DNA from: a virus
Reading direction: 5' to 3' (one strand)
DNA: 64,000 nucleotides
IMG/VR virus record: IMGVR_UViG_3300027741_000001
Shown here: positions 53,478 through 63,406 of the stretch, one piece after another
How the letters are laid out: each line of letters opens with the position of its first letter
Position numbering within the stretch: position 1 is the stretch's first letter
The notes under the pieces: generated by a model
What the model saw: only the letters and a program-made list of their open reading frames with translations
Databases searched by the model: none
What the model was told of the DNA's origin: nothing
Translations under genes and position numbers: made by a program

Positions 53478-54746
53478 TTAAACAGTAACATTAAAAAATT
53501 CTTGATTACGAATTGCTAAATTTGGATTTACCCAAATTTGGTCTTGTATTCCAGAACCCCATTCGTAATAAATATCAACCAATACAAATCCTTGATTTTT
53601 CATAAAAACAGTAATTTCAGCGGTAAGAATATGGTTGTCGTGAGTTGGATTAGTTTCAGTCTCAACATGCAATAATTTGACATGCTTCAGTCGATCACCA
53701 AATCCTTCAATAACTTGACCACTAAATCCCTCGGTATCAATTTTTACTACATCAATAATTCCATCAATACCGATGTTGCTTAAAAAAGTATCCATACGAG
53801 TTACGGGGACAATAACTTTGTCAATAATTCCAATAAAATCTTTTGGGTACATAGTATTTTCTTTACTAGCCATAGAAGAACATCCAGCAAGTTCTTTATT
53901 GTCTGAGTTTACTTGATAAAAAGTAGTCTCACCATCAAAATTTGAAATAGCAGTATATTCAACAATCATCCATGGATGTAATTTTTTTGTAAGTTCTACA
54001 GCCTTAACGCTTGCATCTACTGCAATAACTGTAATTCCATTTAGTCGGTCAGATAAGTACTTAGCATCATCGCCATCACGAGTCCCAATATCAATAATAA
54101 TAGGGGCATCAACACCAAAAAATTTACGATAGTTAGTGACTACTGGCTCAAGCGGATCTATCTCCTCTAAATTAATTCCTATTTTACGAAGATTATTTTT
54201 AACCGCAATTTTATATTCTCTAACTAAATTTTGCTTTTCCAGTCTTAGTAGTATTTTTATGCTTTCATCTTTTCGACCAATCCACCAAGCACTTATAGCA
54301 ACTTGAAACTCTAAAGAATAGTCTCCGTGATACCCATCAATATCAATAGGAAGTCGAACCAAAGGATTGTCCAACATCATCAAACCAATTGTTGCGTAGG
54401 TATAGCACTCCTGCCAGTTTCCATCTTTTTCATAAAATCTTGACAAAAGAAAATATGCTTCAGGTCTTTTTGGTAAATGGGCAATTGCTTGAAGAATTAC
54501 ATTAGAGACAGTATTTCTCCTATCTTTCTGACCCTCAATGCAGATAGATATTCTAAGCAAAGAAGCATAGGCAATAAGAGGTTCAGTTTCATAGCCGTAC
54601 TCAGCCGCACGCAAATAAAATCCAACAGCAGATGCCGTCTGACCTAATTTTTCATACTCAACGGCAATATCAAAGTTTTTCTTGGCATCGAGTGGGTCAC
54701 TAAAAGCCTCAACAACAAGTCTTTCAATAATCTCATTAGAACTCAT
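53478..54746 (-). CDS. TPR domain fused to FkbM-family methyltransferase
   Basis: TPR-like N-half (P.RPEAYF.LSR.Y); IIDIGTRDGD, KIDTEG. Confidence 0.85.
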   Translation of the reverse strand: MSSNEIIERLVVEAFSDPLDAKKNFDIAVEYEKLGQTASAVGFYLRAAEYGYETEPLIAYASLLRISICIEGQKDRRNTVSNVILQAIAHLPKRPEAYFLLSRFYEKDGNWQECYTYATIGLMMLDNPLVRLPIDIDGYHGDYSLEFQVAISAWWIGRKDESIKILLRLEKQNLVREYKIAVKNNLRKIGINLEEIDPLEPVVTNYRKFFGVDAPIIIDIGTRDGDDAKYLSDRLNGITVIAVDASVKAVELTKKLHPWMIVEYTAISNFDGETTFYQVNSDNKELAGCSSMASKENTMYPKDFIGIIDKVIVPVTRMDTFLSNIGIDGIIDVVKIDTEGFSGQVIEGFGDRLKHVKLLHVETETNPTHDNHILTAEITVFMKNQGFVLVDIYYEWGSGIQDQIWVNPNLAIRNQEFFNVTV

Positions 54747-55755
54747 AAGTCAATGCCTCCGAAATAAGTTCTTCAACAACAAGCTTAGGAGTTCTCAAAA
54801 TAAAAGCAGCGTTGTCTTGGACACCAAAACTAATCAATAAATCGTCTCCATACTTAGCAGCACCAGCAACAAACTCCACCCTTGCTTCTAAGAATGTAAG
54901 CGGTCTAGGAGATAACCCAATTAGGTTGAACTGCTCATCCCAAATAACTAATCGATGTCTGTAGATACCATCTTTTTGATCAAGATAGTTTTTGAACAAA
55001 TCAACTTCGTGAGTGATTGCAATGTACACATTTCCCCACCGAACAACTTGAGAACTACCACGTTGGTCTTTAAGTGGAGTAAGTCCTTGATTCAACATAA
55101 CCTGCTCACATCTTGCTGGCAGCTCTGGATAAGTTCTAACAACTTCAGTCGGAGATGTCCACTTCACAAAATGAAACGGTTTGTCAAGAATCGGCATCCA
55201 GTTCTTTTCGCAGTAAGAATTGTTTGCTCCAGGAGCAGGAATGCGAATACGAGATATTTCTTTTACTTCCCAAGTCTCCTCATTGATAGTAATCTCGCTA
55301 AGTTCCATACGACCCTCACCATGAGTTGTCGTATCTCTTCTAACTCCAATGATGTAGTATTTACCATCCCACTCAACGAGGCGACAATCTTCTTCACCAG
55401 TAAACTCCCATAAAGGTTGCACATCTAGTTCTGAAGTGTCAACCAGTCCGTGCCCAACCATAGACAAGTTTTCATCTAGCTTACAAATGTAGTTAGTTGT
55501 GCGAAGCGCTTGATCTTGCTCAGGGTGTAGGTAGGACATCGGCCCCCACCTGCTGTTGAACCGTTGATTGTTTTCCGAATGATAAAGAGTGTAATTTACA
55601 TGACGTAAATTTACAAAAATCTCATCTTTTGAATTAACAAAAACAGATGGATTCATAAGTCCAGTACCTGAAGTTAGTTCATCTGATATAATAATAATAG
55701 GAGCAATCCTGCCCCCCTGAAAAATCGATCTTTGAACCAAATTATTTGAAGTCAT
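54736..55755 (-). CDS. Beta-propeller glycoside hydrolase-like protein
   Basis: NPSV, GEEDCRL, EKNWMP, RGSSQ, YRHRL, VEFVAG, ISFGVQD motifs. Confidence 0.75.
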   Translation of the reverse strand: MTSNNLVQRSIFQGGRIAPIIIISDELTSGTGLMNPSVFVNSKDEIFVNLRHVNYTLYHSENNQRFNSRWGPMSYLHPEQDQALRTTNYICKLDENLSMVGHGLVDTSELDVQPLWEFTGEEDCRLVEWDGKYYIIGVRRDTTTHGEGRMELSEITINEETWEVKEISRIRIPAPGANNSYCEKNWMPILDKPFHFVKWTSPTEVVRTYPELPARCEQVMLNQGLTPLKDQRGSSQVVRWGNVYIAITHEVDLFKNYLDQKDGIYRHRLVIWDEQFNLIGLSPRPLTFLEARVEFVAGAAKYGDDLLISFGVQDNAAFILRTPKLVVEELISEALTYEF

Positions 55756-55904
55756 TTATACCTACTCTTTAATGTGTTCAGTATATCAAAGTATCATATT
55801 TATCCACTAAAATATGATTTAAATAGTAAAAATCAGATAAAATTAAGTACGATAGAATTATTTAGCAAGTAAAATAAATACAAACTACAAACTAAGGAAG
55901 ACAA

Positions 55905-56090
55905 ATGGCTGAACAAGACCAAATTGAACTAATCGGAAATGTACTAAACATTACCCGTGAACAACTAACTCGCTCTATGAATCTAAACGCAGAACTTGAA
56001 GCCCTTCTTGGTGCCGAAAGATCTAAAGTTGCAGAACTAGAAAAGCAGCTAGCTGAACTCACTGGAAAAGAATCTAAAGATAAAAAGTAA
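55905..56090 (+). CDS. Small coiled-coil protein
   Basis: AAGGAAG RBS. Confidence 0.65.
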   Translation: MAEQDQIELIGNVLNITREQLTRSMNLNAELEALLGAERSKVAELEKQLAELTGKESKDKK

Positions 56091-56093
56091 CCC

Positions 56094-56570
56094 ATGAGCA
56101 CTTTTGAAGTTAAAGATGGAGCTAGAACGCTTCAATTTAACGGCAAGCTGCTTGGAAAATCTAGCTCTTACAAACGTGGATCCAATCGATGGATAGAGTT
56201 TGCACTCTATAAAACCGAGAGCGGATCTTACGTTTTGTCTAGAGTAGGTATCTCCTTAATCTTTCACGGTGCAGCATGTCCGTTAGTTAAAAGATATGAT
56301 CTACATGAAATAGACTACAATCTTTTAACTAAATCATCTACTCCGTGTGAACAATGTAGACCAACTCAAGAAGCTGAATTAGTTTTTCCAGAAAAAGATC
56401 GTTTTTGGGCTCAAGTTAGTGCTGAAGCTAGTGCTATCCTAGATGCATTGTACAAATACGACGAGAATGGATCGAAGTACCTAACTTATGTTGCTCAGAA
56501 TCTTCTTGAAAATGCTGGTAAAAACGACACAGGGATTGAAAAAATCTATAAATTTGAAATTATTCCATAA
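56094..56570 (+). CDS. Hypothetical actinophage protein
   Basis: RTLQFNGKLL..SS....RWIEFALYKT..G.YVL. Confidence 0.7.
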   Translation: MSTFEVKDGARTLQFNGKLLGKSSSYKRGSNRWIEFALYKTESGSYVLSRVGISLIFHGAACPLVKRYDLHEIDYNLLTKSSTPCEQCRPTQEAELVFPEKDRFWAQVSAEASAILDALYKYDENGSKYLTYVAQNLLENAGKNDTGIEKIYKFEIIP

Positions 56571-56580
56571 ATCTACTAGT

Positions 56581-56826
56581 ATGTCTGATATGGATAATAA
56601 TCAGACTGAAGTTTTTTCAATACCCCACATGGACATGGTTGCTATAGAGCTCCACGAGATGTATCAATCTTTACAACGTGGAGGGTTTACTGAAAAAGAA
56701 GCAACTCATATAGTTGGAATGACTGTAGCTTTTGGAGCTATGCTTCCAAATAAAGATATGCGTGATTCCCCGGAAACTCCTCCAATGGATTTTGATGATC
56801 CAGATGATGGATTAGATCTAATTTAA
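56581..56826 (+). CDS. Hypothetical protein
   Basis: 3' part of ORF 56488..56826; LHEMY.SL..GGFTE.EA motif. Confidence 0.6.
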   Translation: MSDMDNNQTEVFSIPHMDMVAIELHEMYQSLQRGGFTEKEATHIVGMTVAFGAMLPNKDMRDSPETPPMDFDDPDDGLDLI

Positions 56827-56846
56827 AAATAAATACAAGGACGAAA

Positions 56847-58670
56847 ATGACAAATGGATTAAATGATGTACAACTTCATCTAGTCGATAGCGTAGAATCT
56901 GCCGGTAAGTTTATTACTTGGCTAGGAGAACGTCGACCACACGATGCAATTGCTATTGATACTGAAACAGGCGAACGCGAAGGACGCCCACGATCAGATG
57001 CACTATCACCATGGCATGGAGATTTAAGATTAGTTCAAGTCGGCGATGGTATGACTGGATGGGCTATCCCATGGAATGAATGGGGTGGCGTGTTCTACGA
57101 AGCAATGGATAGATTTGACGGTCAAATAGTTTGCCACAATATTGCCTTTGAAGCTAAATGGTTTGAGATCAGATCTCGTTGGAGTATGCCTTGGCATAGA
57201 TCACACGACACAATGATTATGGCTCAACTTATTGATCCACTAGGTTCAGGTGCCTTAAAAAAACTTACGTCTCAGTATGTAGATTCAAAAGCTGCTGCAC
57301 TGCAATCACATTTAGATGAAGAACTTCATAAGAATGGCTGGACCTGGGGAACAGTGCCAACTAACTTTCAACCCTACTGGTCTTATGGTGCCCTTGACAC
57401 GGTGCTCACTATGCGTCTCTTTGAAAAATTTTGGGAGAAGTGCGGTCCTGGACAACCTTACTCACAGGCATACGAGCTTGAAATGGCTGCACGTAAGATC
57501 GTAACCCGCATGGAACTCAATGGTGCTCGTATTGACCTTGACTACTCACGTAGGAAATATGATGAATTAACTGCTTACTCCGAGTCTGTAAAAGACTGGG
57601 CTAAGGGTATGTATGGTGGAACTTCAATTGCAAGTAACGTGCAGCTAGTAAGACTTCTTGAGACCCTAGGTGCAGAGATCACAGATTTTACTCCCTCCGG
57701 GCAGAAGTCTGCATCAGCAGATCAGCTTAAGAAACTAATTATTGACGGCAATCCTCAGGTTAGAGAGCTATCAGAGATCGTTCTTAAACAAAGGAAAGCT
57801 GACAAACTTGCTAGTACTTATTTTCTAAACTTTATTAATGACAACGTGAATGGTTTTGTACACCCGTCTGTAAAAACAATGGGTGCCCGTACTGGACGTA
57901 TGTCAATCACAGCTCCGGCTCTTCAAACCTTGCCTAAGGGAGATGACACCGTACGTCGTGCATTTTTGCCTAAAGATGATGACCATGTAATTATTACTTC
58001 GGATCTCGATCAGGTTGAATTCCGTATGTTTGCATCTCTATCTAAAGACCCAAACTTAATCAATCTATTTAATCTTGCTGATGCAACTGGCTCTGACCCG
58101 TTCACCGAAATCGGCCGTGAGATCTACCAAGACCCATCAATGGTTAAGTCAGATAAGCGTCGTAACCTGATTAAGGGTGTAGTTTATGGTCGTCTCTACG
58201 GTGCAGGTGTAGCTAAACAAGCTCTTACCGCTGGTGTTCCAGAAGAGCAGATGCGTTCTGTATCAAATGCTTTTGATGATAGATTCCCCGGAATGATTTC
58301 GTTTCAAAAAGAAATTGAAGACATCGGTATGCGTAGACTTCGTGAAGAGGGTCAGGGATATGTTCACACATGGACTGGACGTCGCTTGCCTTGCGATGAA
58401 GACCGTGTATATACTTTGGTTAACTATCTGATCCAAGGTGGAGCAGCTGAAGTTTTCAAAGCTAATTTGATTAAACTTGACAAAGCTGACTTAACCGACT
58501 ATCTTATTGTTCCAGTACATGACGAAATCGTTCTCAATGCACCACGTGGTGAAGCTGAAGAAATTAAACAGCTAGTTCGTGAATGCATGACAACCCGAGA
58601 CGGCTGGGCAGTCCCCCTAACTGCTGATGTAGATGGTCCACTAAACAACTGGGGAGAAAAATACAAATAA
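56847..58670 (+). CDS. polA: DNA polymerase family A (3'-5' exonuclease plus polymerase, no 5'-3' exonuclease)
   Basis: DTETG, HNIAFE, ARTGRMS, SDLDQVEFR (motif A), K...YG..YG (motif B), NYLIQG, VHDE (motif C). Confidence 0.95.
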   Translation: MTNGLNDVQLHLVDSVESAGKFITWLGERRPHDAIAIDTETGEREGRPRSDALSPWHGDLRLVQVGDGMTGWAIPWNEWGGVFYEAMDRFDGQIVCHNIAFEAKWFEIRSRWSMPWHRSHDTMIMAQLIDPLGSGALKKLTSQYVDSKAAALQSHLDEELHKNGWTWGTVPTNFQPYWSYGALDTVLTMRLFEKFWEKCGPGQPYSQAYELEMAARKIVTRMELNGARIDLDYSRRKYDELTAYSESVKDWAKGMYGGTSIASNVQLVRLLETLGAEITDFTPSGQKSASADQLKKLIIDGNPQVRELSEIVLKQRKADKLASTYFLNFINDNVNGFVHPSVKTMGARTGRMSITAPALQTLPKGDDTVRRAFLPKDDDHVIITSDLDQVEFRMFASLSKDPNLINLFNLADATGSDPFTEIGREIYQDPSMVKSDKRRNLIKGVVYGRLYGAGVAKQALTAGVPEEQMRSVSNAFDDRFPGMISFQKEIEDIGMRRLREEGQGYVHTWTGRRLPCDEDRVYTLVNYLIQGGAAEVFKANLIKLDKADLTDYLIVPVHDEIVLNAPRGEAEEIKQLVRECMTTRDGWAVPLTADVDGPLNNWGEKYK

Positions 58671-59137
58671 TGACAAGAGTAATACTTTCAGTAGATCCAG
58701 GTAAAGCTAGCGGTATTGCTTTATTTGAAGTTAAACCTGATTCCGAGCCAGAACTACTTTGGTCTGGAGAGTACCAACAACATGAATATGCATTTCCTAT
58801 CCGCAAAGCTTTTAACTATGCACAATCTAGAGAAACTAGGTTAGAAGTGGTATGTGAAAGATTTACAATCAATGCTCAGACTGTGAAAAACTCTCAGGCT
58901 CCATATTCTTTGGAACAAATTGGAATTTTAAAGCAGGTTATGTTAGACTTTGGCCGTGACCCAGAGGATATCTATTTCCAATCCCCAGCCGACGCTAAAG
59001 CTATGTTTAACAACGAAAAGATCAGAATCTTGGACTTTTGGCATCGAGGCGGGGAGGGACACGCCCTAGACGCAATACGACACGGATTGCTAAGATTAGC
59101 AAAAAGTGGCTGGATTCCAAGAAAATTACTAAAATAA
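58670..59137 (+). CDS. RuvC-like Holliday junction resolvase
   Basis: ILSVDPGKASGIA, VVCERF, HALDAIRH. Confidence 0.8.
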   Translation: MTRVILSVDPGKASGIALFEVKPDSEPELLWSGEYQQHEYAFPIRKAFNYAQSRETRLEVVCERFTINAQTVKNSQAPYSLEQIGILKQVMLDFGRDPEDIYFQSPADAKAMFNNEKIRILDFWHRGGEGHALDAIRHGLLRLAKSGWIPRKLLK

Positions 59138-59141
59138 TCAG

Positions 59142-59191
59142 AGATACTATTGACTTTTTTAAATAAAGTTTTAAAATATCTGATAGTATCT
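59142..59191 (+). promoter_or_regulatory. Promoter/operator upstream of helicase operon
   Basis: AGATACTAT...ATAGTATCT inverted arms enclosing TTGACT-N16-TAAAAT; near-identical to 26563-26612. Confidence 0.7.
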
Positions 59192-59219
59192 ATTTACATA
59201 ACGACAGAAAGAAAGCTTA

Positions 59220-61034
59220 ATGCCTGTAACAGTTGAGTTAAATGAGACAGGATCTCATATCAACATCTTCGCCGATTGGCGATTTAAAGAACTTTGCAAG
59301 AGTGTGCCAGGGTCTAGTTATGATGCAAAGACATCGACTTGGCGTGTCCAGGCTTCCTGGGCTACATGCCTAGCACTTCGCTCTACCTTTAAAAATGATC
59401 TAGTTATTGGAGAACGTTTACAAGCATGGGCCATTGAAGAACGTGCAAATAGAATTGACCCATCTAATGCTCTACGCGATTTAGAAGAACTTCCAGATGG
59501 TGAAGGGGACTTAGATCTATTTCCTCACCAGAGAGCTGGAGTTAAGTTTTTAACTACTGCACGTCGTGCACTTCTTGCTGACGAGCCAGGTCTAGGTAAA
59601 ACCGCTCAAGCTATTCGTGCCTTAAAAACTATGCAGGATCAAGGCCAGGATGTTTTTCCAGCTTTGATTGTTTGCCCAAATACTCTTAAAAAGAACTGGC
59701 AACGAGAATTTACTAAGTGGTGGCCTGAGGGTGGACCAGTTATACAAGTTATCAAAGGATCTGCGGCACAGCGTCGCAAGCAGTTTGAAGAGCCAGCAGA
59801 TGTCTACATCATTAACTGGGAATCTTTACGTTCTCACTCACGCTTAGCTCCTTACGGATCTGTAGCACTTGCCCGTTGTGTGGCTTGCGGCGGACACGAT
59901 GATCGTGTATCTGAAAACCGTTGCGAAGTGCACAAGCGTGATCTAAACTTGATTGACTTCAAAGCAGTCATTGCCGATGAAATGCACCGCTCAAAGGAGC
60001 CTAAATCCAAGCAGACCCGTGCTTTATGGGCAGCTACCGGAGATGCTGACATTCGTTTCGCACTTACTGGTACACCAATTGCCAATAACGTTCTCGACAT
60101 GTGGGCAATCCTGCACTGGATTTCCCCAGAAGAGTGGCCTAGCAAAACCAAGTGGATTGATCGCATGGTAGACACTATGATCAATGCTTTTGGTGGAATG
60201 ATGGTTCTTGGAGTAAAGCCTCATATGGCTGACGAGTTCCATGCAACCATCAACCCTCGTATGCGTCGTATGCTTAAGGCTCGTGTACTTCCTTGGCTAC
60301 CAGAGATGATGTTTGAACGTCGTGACGTCGAGATGTCAGCTAAGCAAAAGAAAGCTTACGAGCAAATGCGTGACAACATGATTGCTGAAGTAGAAAACGG
60401 TGATGCAGTAGTTGCACCTAGCGTATTAACCCAAGCAATAAGACTTTCTCAGTTTGCTAGTTCTTTTGCAGAAGTTGTTATAGATGAAGCTACCGGAGAA
60501 CCTAAGACAATTTTGGCAGAGCCATCCTGTAAAGTAGATGCTGTTATGGATGACATTAAAGAGGGCGACTTTGGAGATGACTCAGTGGCAGTCTGCGCTG
60601 TGTCCCGCCAATTGATTGATCTTCTTAGTGCAAAAATGACTAAAGAAGGAATTGCACACGGTCTAATTACTGGTGCTCAAAATGAAGATGAACGTCAAAA
60701 AGCTATTGATGATTTTCAAGCTGGACGTATTAAATGGATCTTGTTTACAGCTCAAGCCGGCGGTGTTGGTGTCACCTTGACAGCAGCTCGCAGACTTGTT
60801 ATGCTACAAAGACCATGGTCACTAGTTGATCACAAACAAGCTCTAGATCGTATTCACAGAATCGGTTCAGAGATCCACGATTCAGTGGTTGTGATGGATT
60901 ATGTTACTGAGGGATCAATCGAAGAGCGTGTCATCCAAGTTCTTGAAACTAAGGCTGATAACTTTGAACAGATTGTTCGAGATAAAGACAAACTACTACA
61001 GTTGCTAAAAGACGACAAGGCAGGTAAGCTATAA
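59220..61034 (+). CDS. SNF2-family (SF2) helicase
   Basis: LLADEPGLGKT, DEMH, LTGTP, GGVGVTLT, QALDRIHRIG. Confidence 0.93.
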   Translation: MPVTVELNETGSHINIFADWRFKELCKSVPGSSYDAKTSTWRVQASWATCLALRSTFKNDLVIGERLQAWAIEERANRIDPSNALRDLEELPDGEGDLDLFPHQRAGVKFLTTARRALLADEPGLGKTAQAIRALKTMQDQGQDVFPALIVCPNTLKKNWQREFTKWWPEGGPVIQVIKGSAAQRRKQFEEPADVYIINWESLRSHSRLAPYGSVALARCVACGGHDDRVSENRCEVHKRDLNLIDFKAVIADEMHRSKEPKSKQTRALWAATGDADIRFALTGTPIANNVLDMWAILHWISPEEWPSKTKWIDRMVDTMINAFGGMMVLGVKPHMADEFHATINPRMRRMLKARVLPWLPEMMFERRDVEMSAKQKKAYEQMRDNMIAEVENGDAVVAPSVLTQAIRLSQFASSFAEVVIDEATGEPKTILAEPSCKVDAVMDDIKEGDFGDDSVAVCAVSRQLIDLLSAKMTKEGIAHGLITGAQNEDERQKAIDDFQAGRIKWILFTAQAGGVGVTLTAARRLVMLQRPWSLVDHKQALDRIHRIGSEIHDSVVVMDYVTEGSIEERVIQVLETKADNFEQIVRDKDKLLQLLKDDKAGKL

Positions 61035-61036
61035 AA

Positions 61037-61999
61037 ATGAATGACGAAACTACACAAGAAGTAAAGCCATACCGTCTCTCTAACTCAGAGATTCAGGTAT
61101 TCAAAGATTGCAGACGTAAGTGGTGGCTAAACTACTACAGACGTCTCATGCCAAAGAAAAGAGACTACACCGGTGCTTTAGCCCTTGGATCTCGTATCCA
61201 CGAAGCTCTAGACCAGTATTACTCTTCTAACGGCACAGTGGACCTCCTAGAGGCTCATGCTGCCCTTGTAAAAAAGGATATGGAAACTTTAGTCGCAGAA
61301 TATCGCGACACCTCAGATCTTGAATCCGAGGCCGAACTAGGACGAATCATGCTTGAAGGATATCTTCAGTGGATGGATGACGAGGGTATCGACGCTGAGC
61401 TAGAAATGATTTCTACTGAAGAGATTATTGAAATGCCAATGTTTGATGGAGAAGTTATTCTTCAAGGAAAGCTCGATATGCGTGTTCGTCGTAAGATCGA
61501 TGGCGTTCGTATGTTCCGTGACTTCAAGACTGTTGGTGGATCTTTTGCAGATTTTGCAAACCAGGCTCAAATGAATGAGCAGATTCTTACTTACATGATG
61601 CTAGAACACGCTCAAAATAAATCACCGGAAGAACGTTCCGAGGGTGGTATCTTTACTATGCTTAAAAAAGTAAAACGTACAGCTAATGCTAAACCACCGT
61701 TTTACGAGCAAATTGAAGTTCGACACAACGTATTTACAATGCGTGCTTTTTGGCAACGTATTCATGGTACAGTTGCAGATCTAATGACTGTTAAGAAATC
61801 TCTTGATGCAGGTCAGGATCCTAATTTTGTCGCTTACCCACGTCCTACCAAGGACTGCAAGTGGAAGTGCCAGTTCTACACTATCTGCCCAATGATTGAT
61901 GATGGTTCATCAGCAGAAGCAGCTATTGAAGATATGTATGAGGTCTCCGACCCATACGGATATTACAAATCACAAGACGAAAAGAAAGGTAGTGACTAA
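61037..61999 (+). CDS. PD-(D/E)XK exonuclease (RecB/Cas4-like)
   Basis: LSNSEI..F..C.RKW, GS.IH.AL, GKLD, DFKT, Q...Y, C..KC.F..IC. Confidence 0.88.
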   Translation: MNDETTQEVKPYRLSNSEIQVFKDCRRKWWLNYYRRLMPKKRDYTGALALGSRIHEALDQYYSSNGTVDLLEAHAALVKKDMETLVAEYRDTSDLESEAELGRIMLEGYLQWMDDEGIDAELEMISTEEIIEMPMFDGEVILQGKLDMRVRRKIDGVRMFRDFKTVGGSFADFANQAQMNEQILTYMMLEHAQNKSPEERSEGGIFTMLKKVKRTANAKPPFYEQIEVRHNVFTMRAFWQRIHGTVADLMTVKKSLDAGQDPNFVAYPRPTKDCKWKCQFYTICPMIDDGSSAEAAIEDMYEVSDPYGYYKSQDEKKGSD

Positions 62000-62001
62000 G
62001 C

Positions 62002-62760
62002 ATGTCAGATGTACAGCGTTCACTAACTATCATGGTCTATGGCGAATCAAAGGTTGGTAAATCAACTTTTGCAGTCACAGCACCGTACCCTCGCCTTATG
62101 CTAGACGTTGAGGGTGGACACAGATTCCTCCCAATTAACGTAAAGTATTGGGACCCAATGCGCGAAGAGCCACCTGTGGCTGACGGCACCTGGGACACCG
62201 TAGTTGTCACTGTACGTGACTACGACGTAGTTCTAAAAGCTTTCCAGTGGTTACAAGCAGGTAAGCACCAGTTCAAGTCATTGATCATTGACTCCATTTC
62301 GGAGCTTCAGGTTAAATGCATGGATAACATCGCCGGTACCGAGCAGATGAAGATGCAACAGTGGGGCGAACTACTTCGCCACATGGGTGCTCTACTTCGT
62401 GACTTGCGTGACCTTACAATGCATCCAACTCAACCTCTCGAGGCTGTAGTCCTAACTGCAATGGCACGTGCTGATCAGAATGGTCATATGAAGCCTTACT
62501 TGCAGGGTCAACTTGCAGTTCAAGCTCCGTACTTCTATGATGTATTAGGTGCTATTGCAATTGAAAATATTCCAAATCCAGATCCTACTCAGCTGCCTTA
62601 CAAGGCACGCCGTATGTACGTGGAACGTACGGACAAGTATGATGCTGGAGAGCGTGTTCAAGGCCGATTGGGTTCCATTGTGGAACAGCAAGATCTTGGT
62701 GTTGAACGTATGCTCGACATGATTTTCGGTCCACAGACCGAGAAAAAGAAGTCGGCTTAG
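62002..62760 (+). CDS. Sak4-like / AAA_24 recombination ATPase
   Basis: YGESKVGKST, DVEGG, IIDSISE; located between nuclease and SSB-like gene. Confidence 0.85.
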   Translation: MSDVQRSLTIMVYGESKVGKSTFAVTAPYPRLMLDVEGGHRFLPINVKYWDPMREEPPVADGTWDTVVVTVRDYDVVLKAFQWLQAGKHQFKSLIIDSISELQVKCMDNIAGTEQMKMQQWGELLRHMGALLRDLRDLTMHPTQPLEAVVLTAMARADQNGHMKPYLQGQLAVQAPYFYDVLGAIAIENIPNPDPTQLPYKARRMYVERTDKYDAGERVQGRLGSIVEQQDLGVERMLDMIFGPQTEKKKSA

Positions 62761-62807
62761 ATCCCTAGCCGATTAAACCCTAAATAATAACTATAGGAGT
62801 TATAAAT

Positions 62808-63347
62808 ATGAGTACTCTCAACTGGGGCGACCTAGTCAAAGATGCTGGCGAAACTGCAAGTGGCGGTAATTACGAACCACTTCCAGATGGCGACTATGAC
62901 CTAAAGGTCATCGAAGCTTCCGCAACCACTTCACAGAGTGGCAAAACCATGTTCAAGATCACTACCGAAGTTCAGGGTGGCGCAAACAACAAGCGTCGCG
63001 TCTGGGATAACCTGGTGATCAGTCCGGAGAGCTCAAACGCTCTAGGCATCTTCTTCTCGAAGATGGCTGCTCTTGGGCTCCCTCGTGAGTTTTTCACGAA
63101 CAACAACCCAACTAACGCACAGATTGAATCAGCCTTGATCGGCCGTACTTTCCGTGCTCAAATTGGATCACGTACTTGGAACGGTAGCAAGCGTAACGAA
63201 CTAAAGCGTTACTACGTTCAGCAGACTGCTGGAACTATTCCTGCTCAGGCAAGTACACCACCTGCTCCACCTGCTCCACCTGCTCCACCTGCTCCAAGCA
63301 CTGCTGGAGTAGCAGTTCCACCGGCCCCACCTGCAGCTCCGTTCTAG
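62808..63347 (+). CDS. DUF669-like ssDNA-binding protein
   Basis: YEPLPDGDY..KV..A.......GKTM...RRVWDNLV; Pro/Ala tail ending APF. Confidence 0.8.
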   Translation: MSTLNWGDLVKDAGETASGGNYEPLPDGDYDLKVIEASATTSQSGKTMFKITTEVQGGANNKRRVWDNLVISPESSNALGIFFSKMAALGLPREFFTNNNPTNAQIESALIGRTFRAQIGSRTWNGSKRNELKRYYVQQTAGTIPAQASTPPAPPAPPAPPAPSTAGVAVPPAPPAAPF

Positions 63348-63361
63348 TCTGTAGTAATTGC

Positions 63362-63390
63362 GGGGGCATTAGGTAAAACTAGTGCCCCCA
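63362..63390 (+). terminator. Hairpin, terminator-like
   Basis: GGGGGCATTAG/CTAGTGCCCCC stem; no clear U-tract. Confidence 0.5.
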
Positions 63391-63406
63391 CTAATTAAAG
63401 GTTTAC

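Noticed and set aside
61037-61999. Cas4 of a CRISPR system
   Set aside because: Context (helicase, Sak4-like ATPase, SSB-like) is a standard phage recombination module
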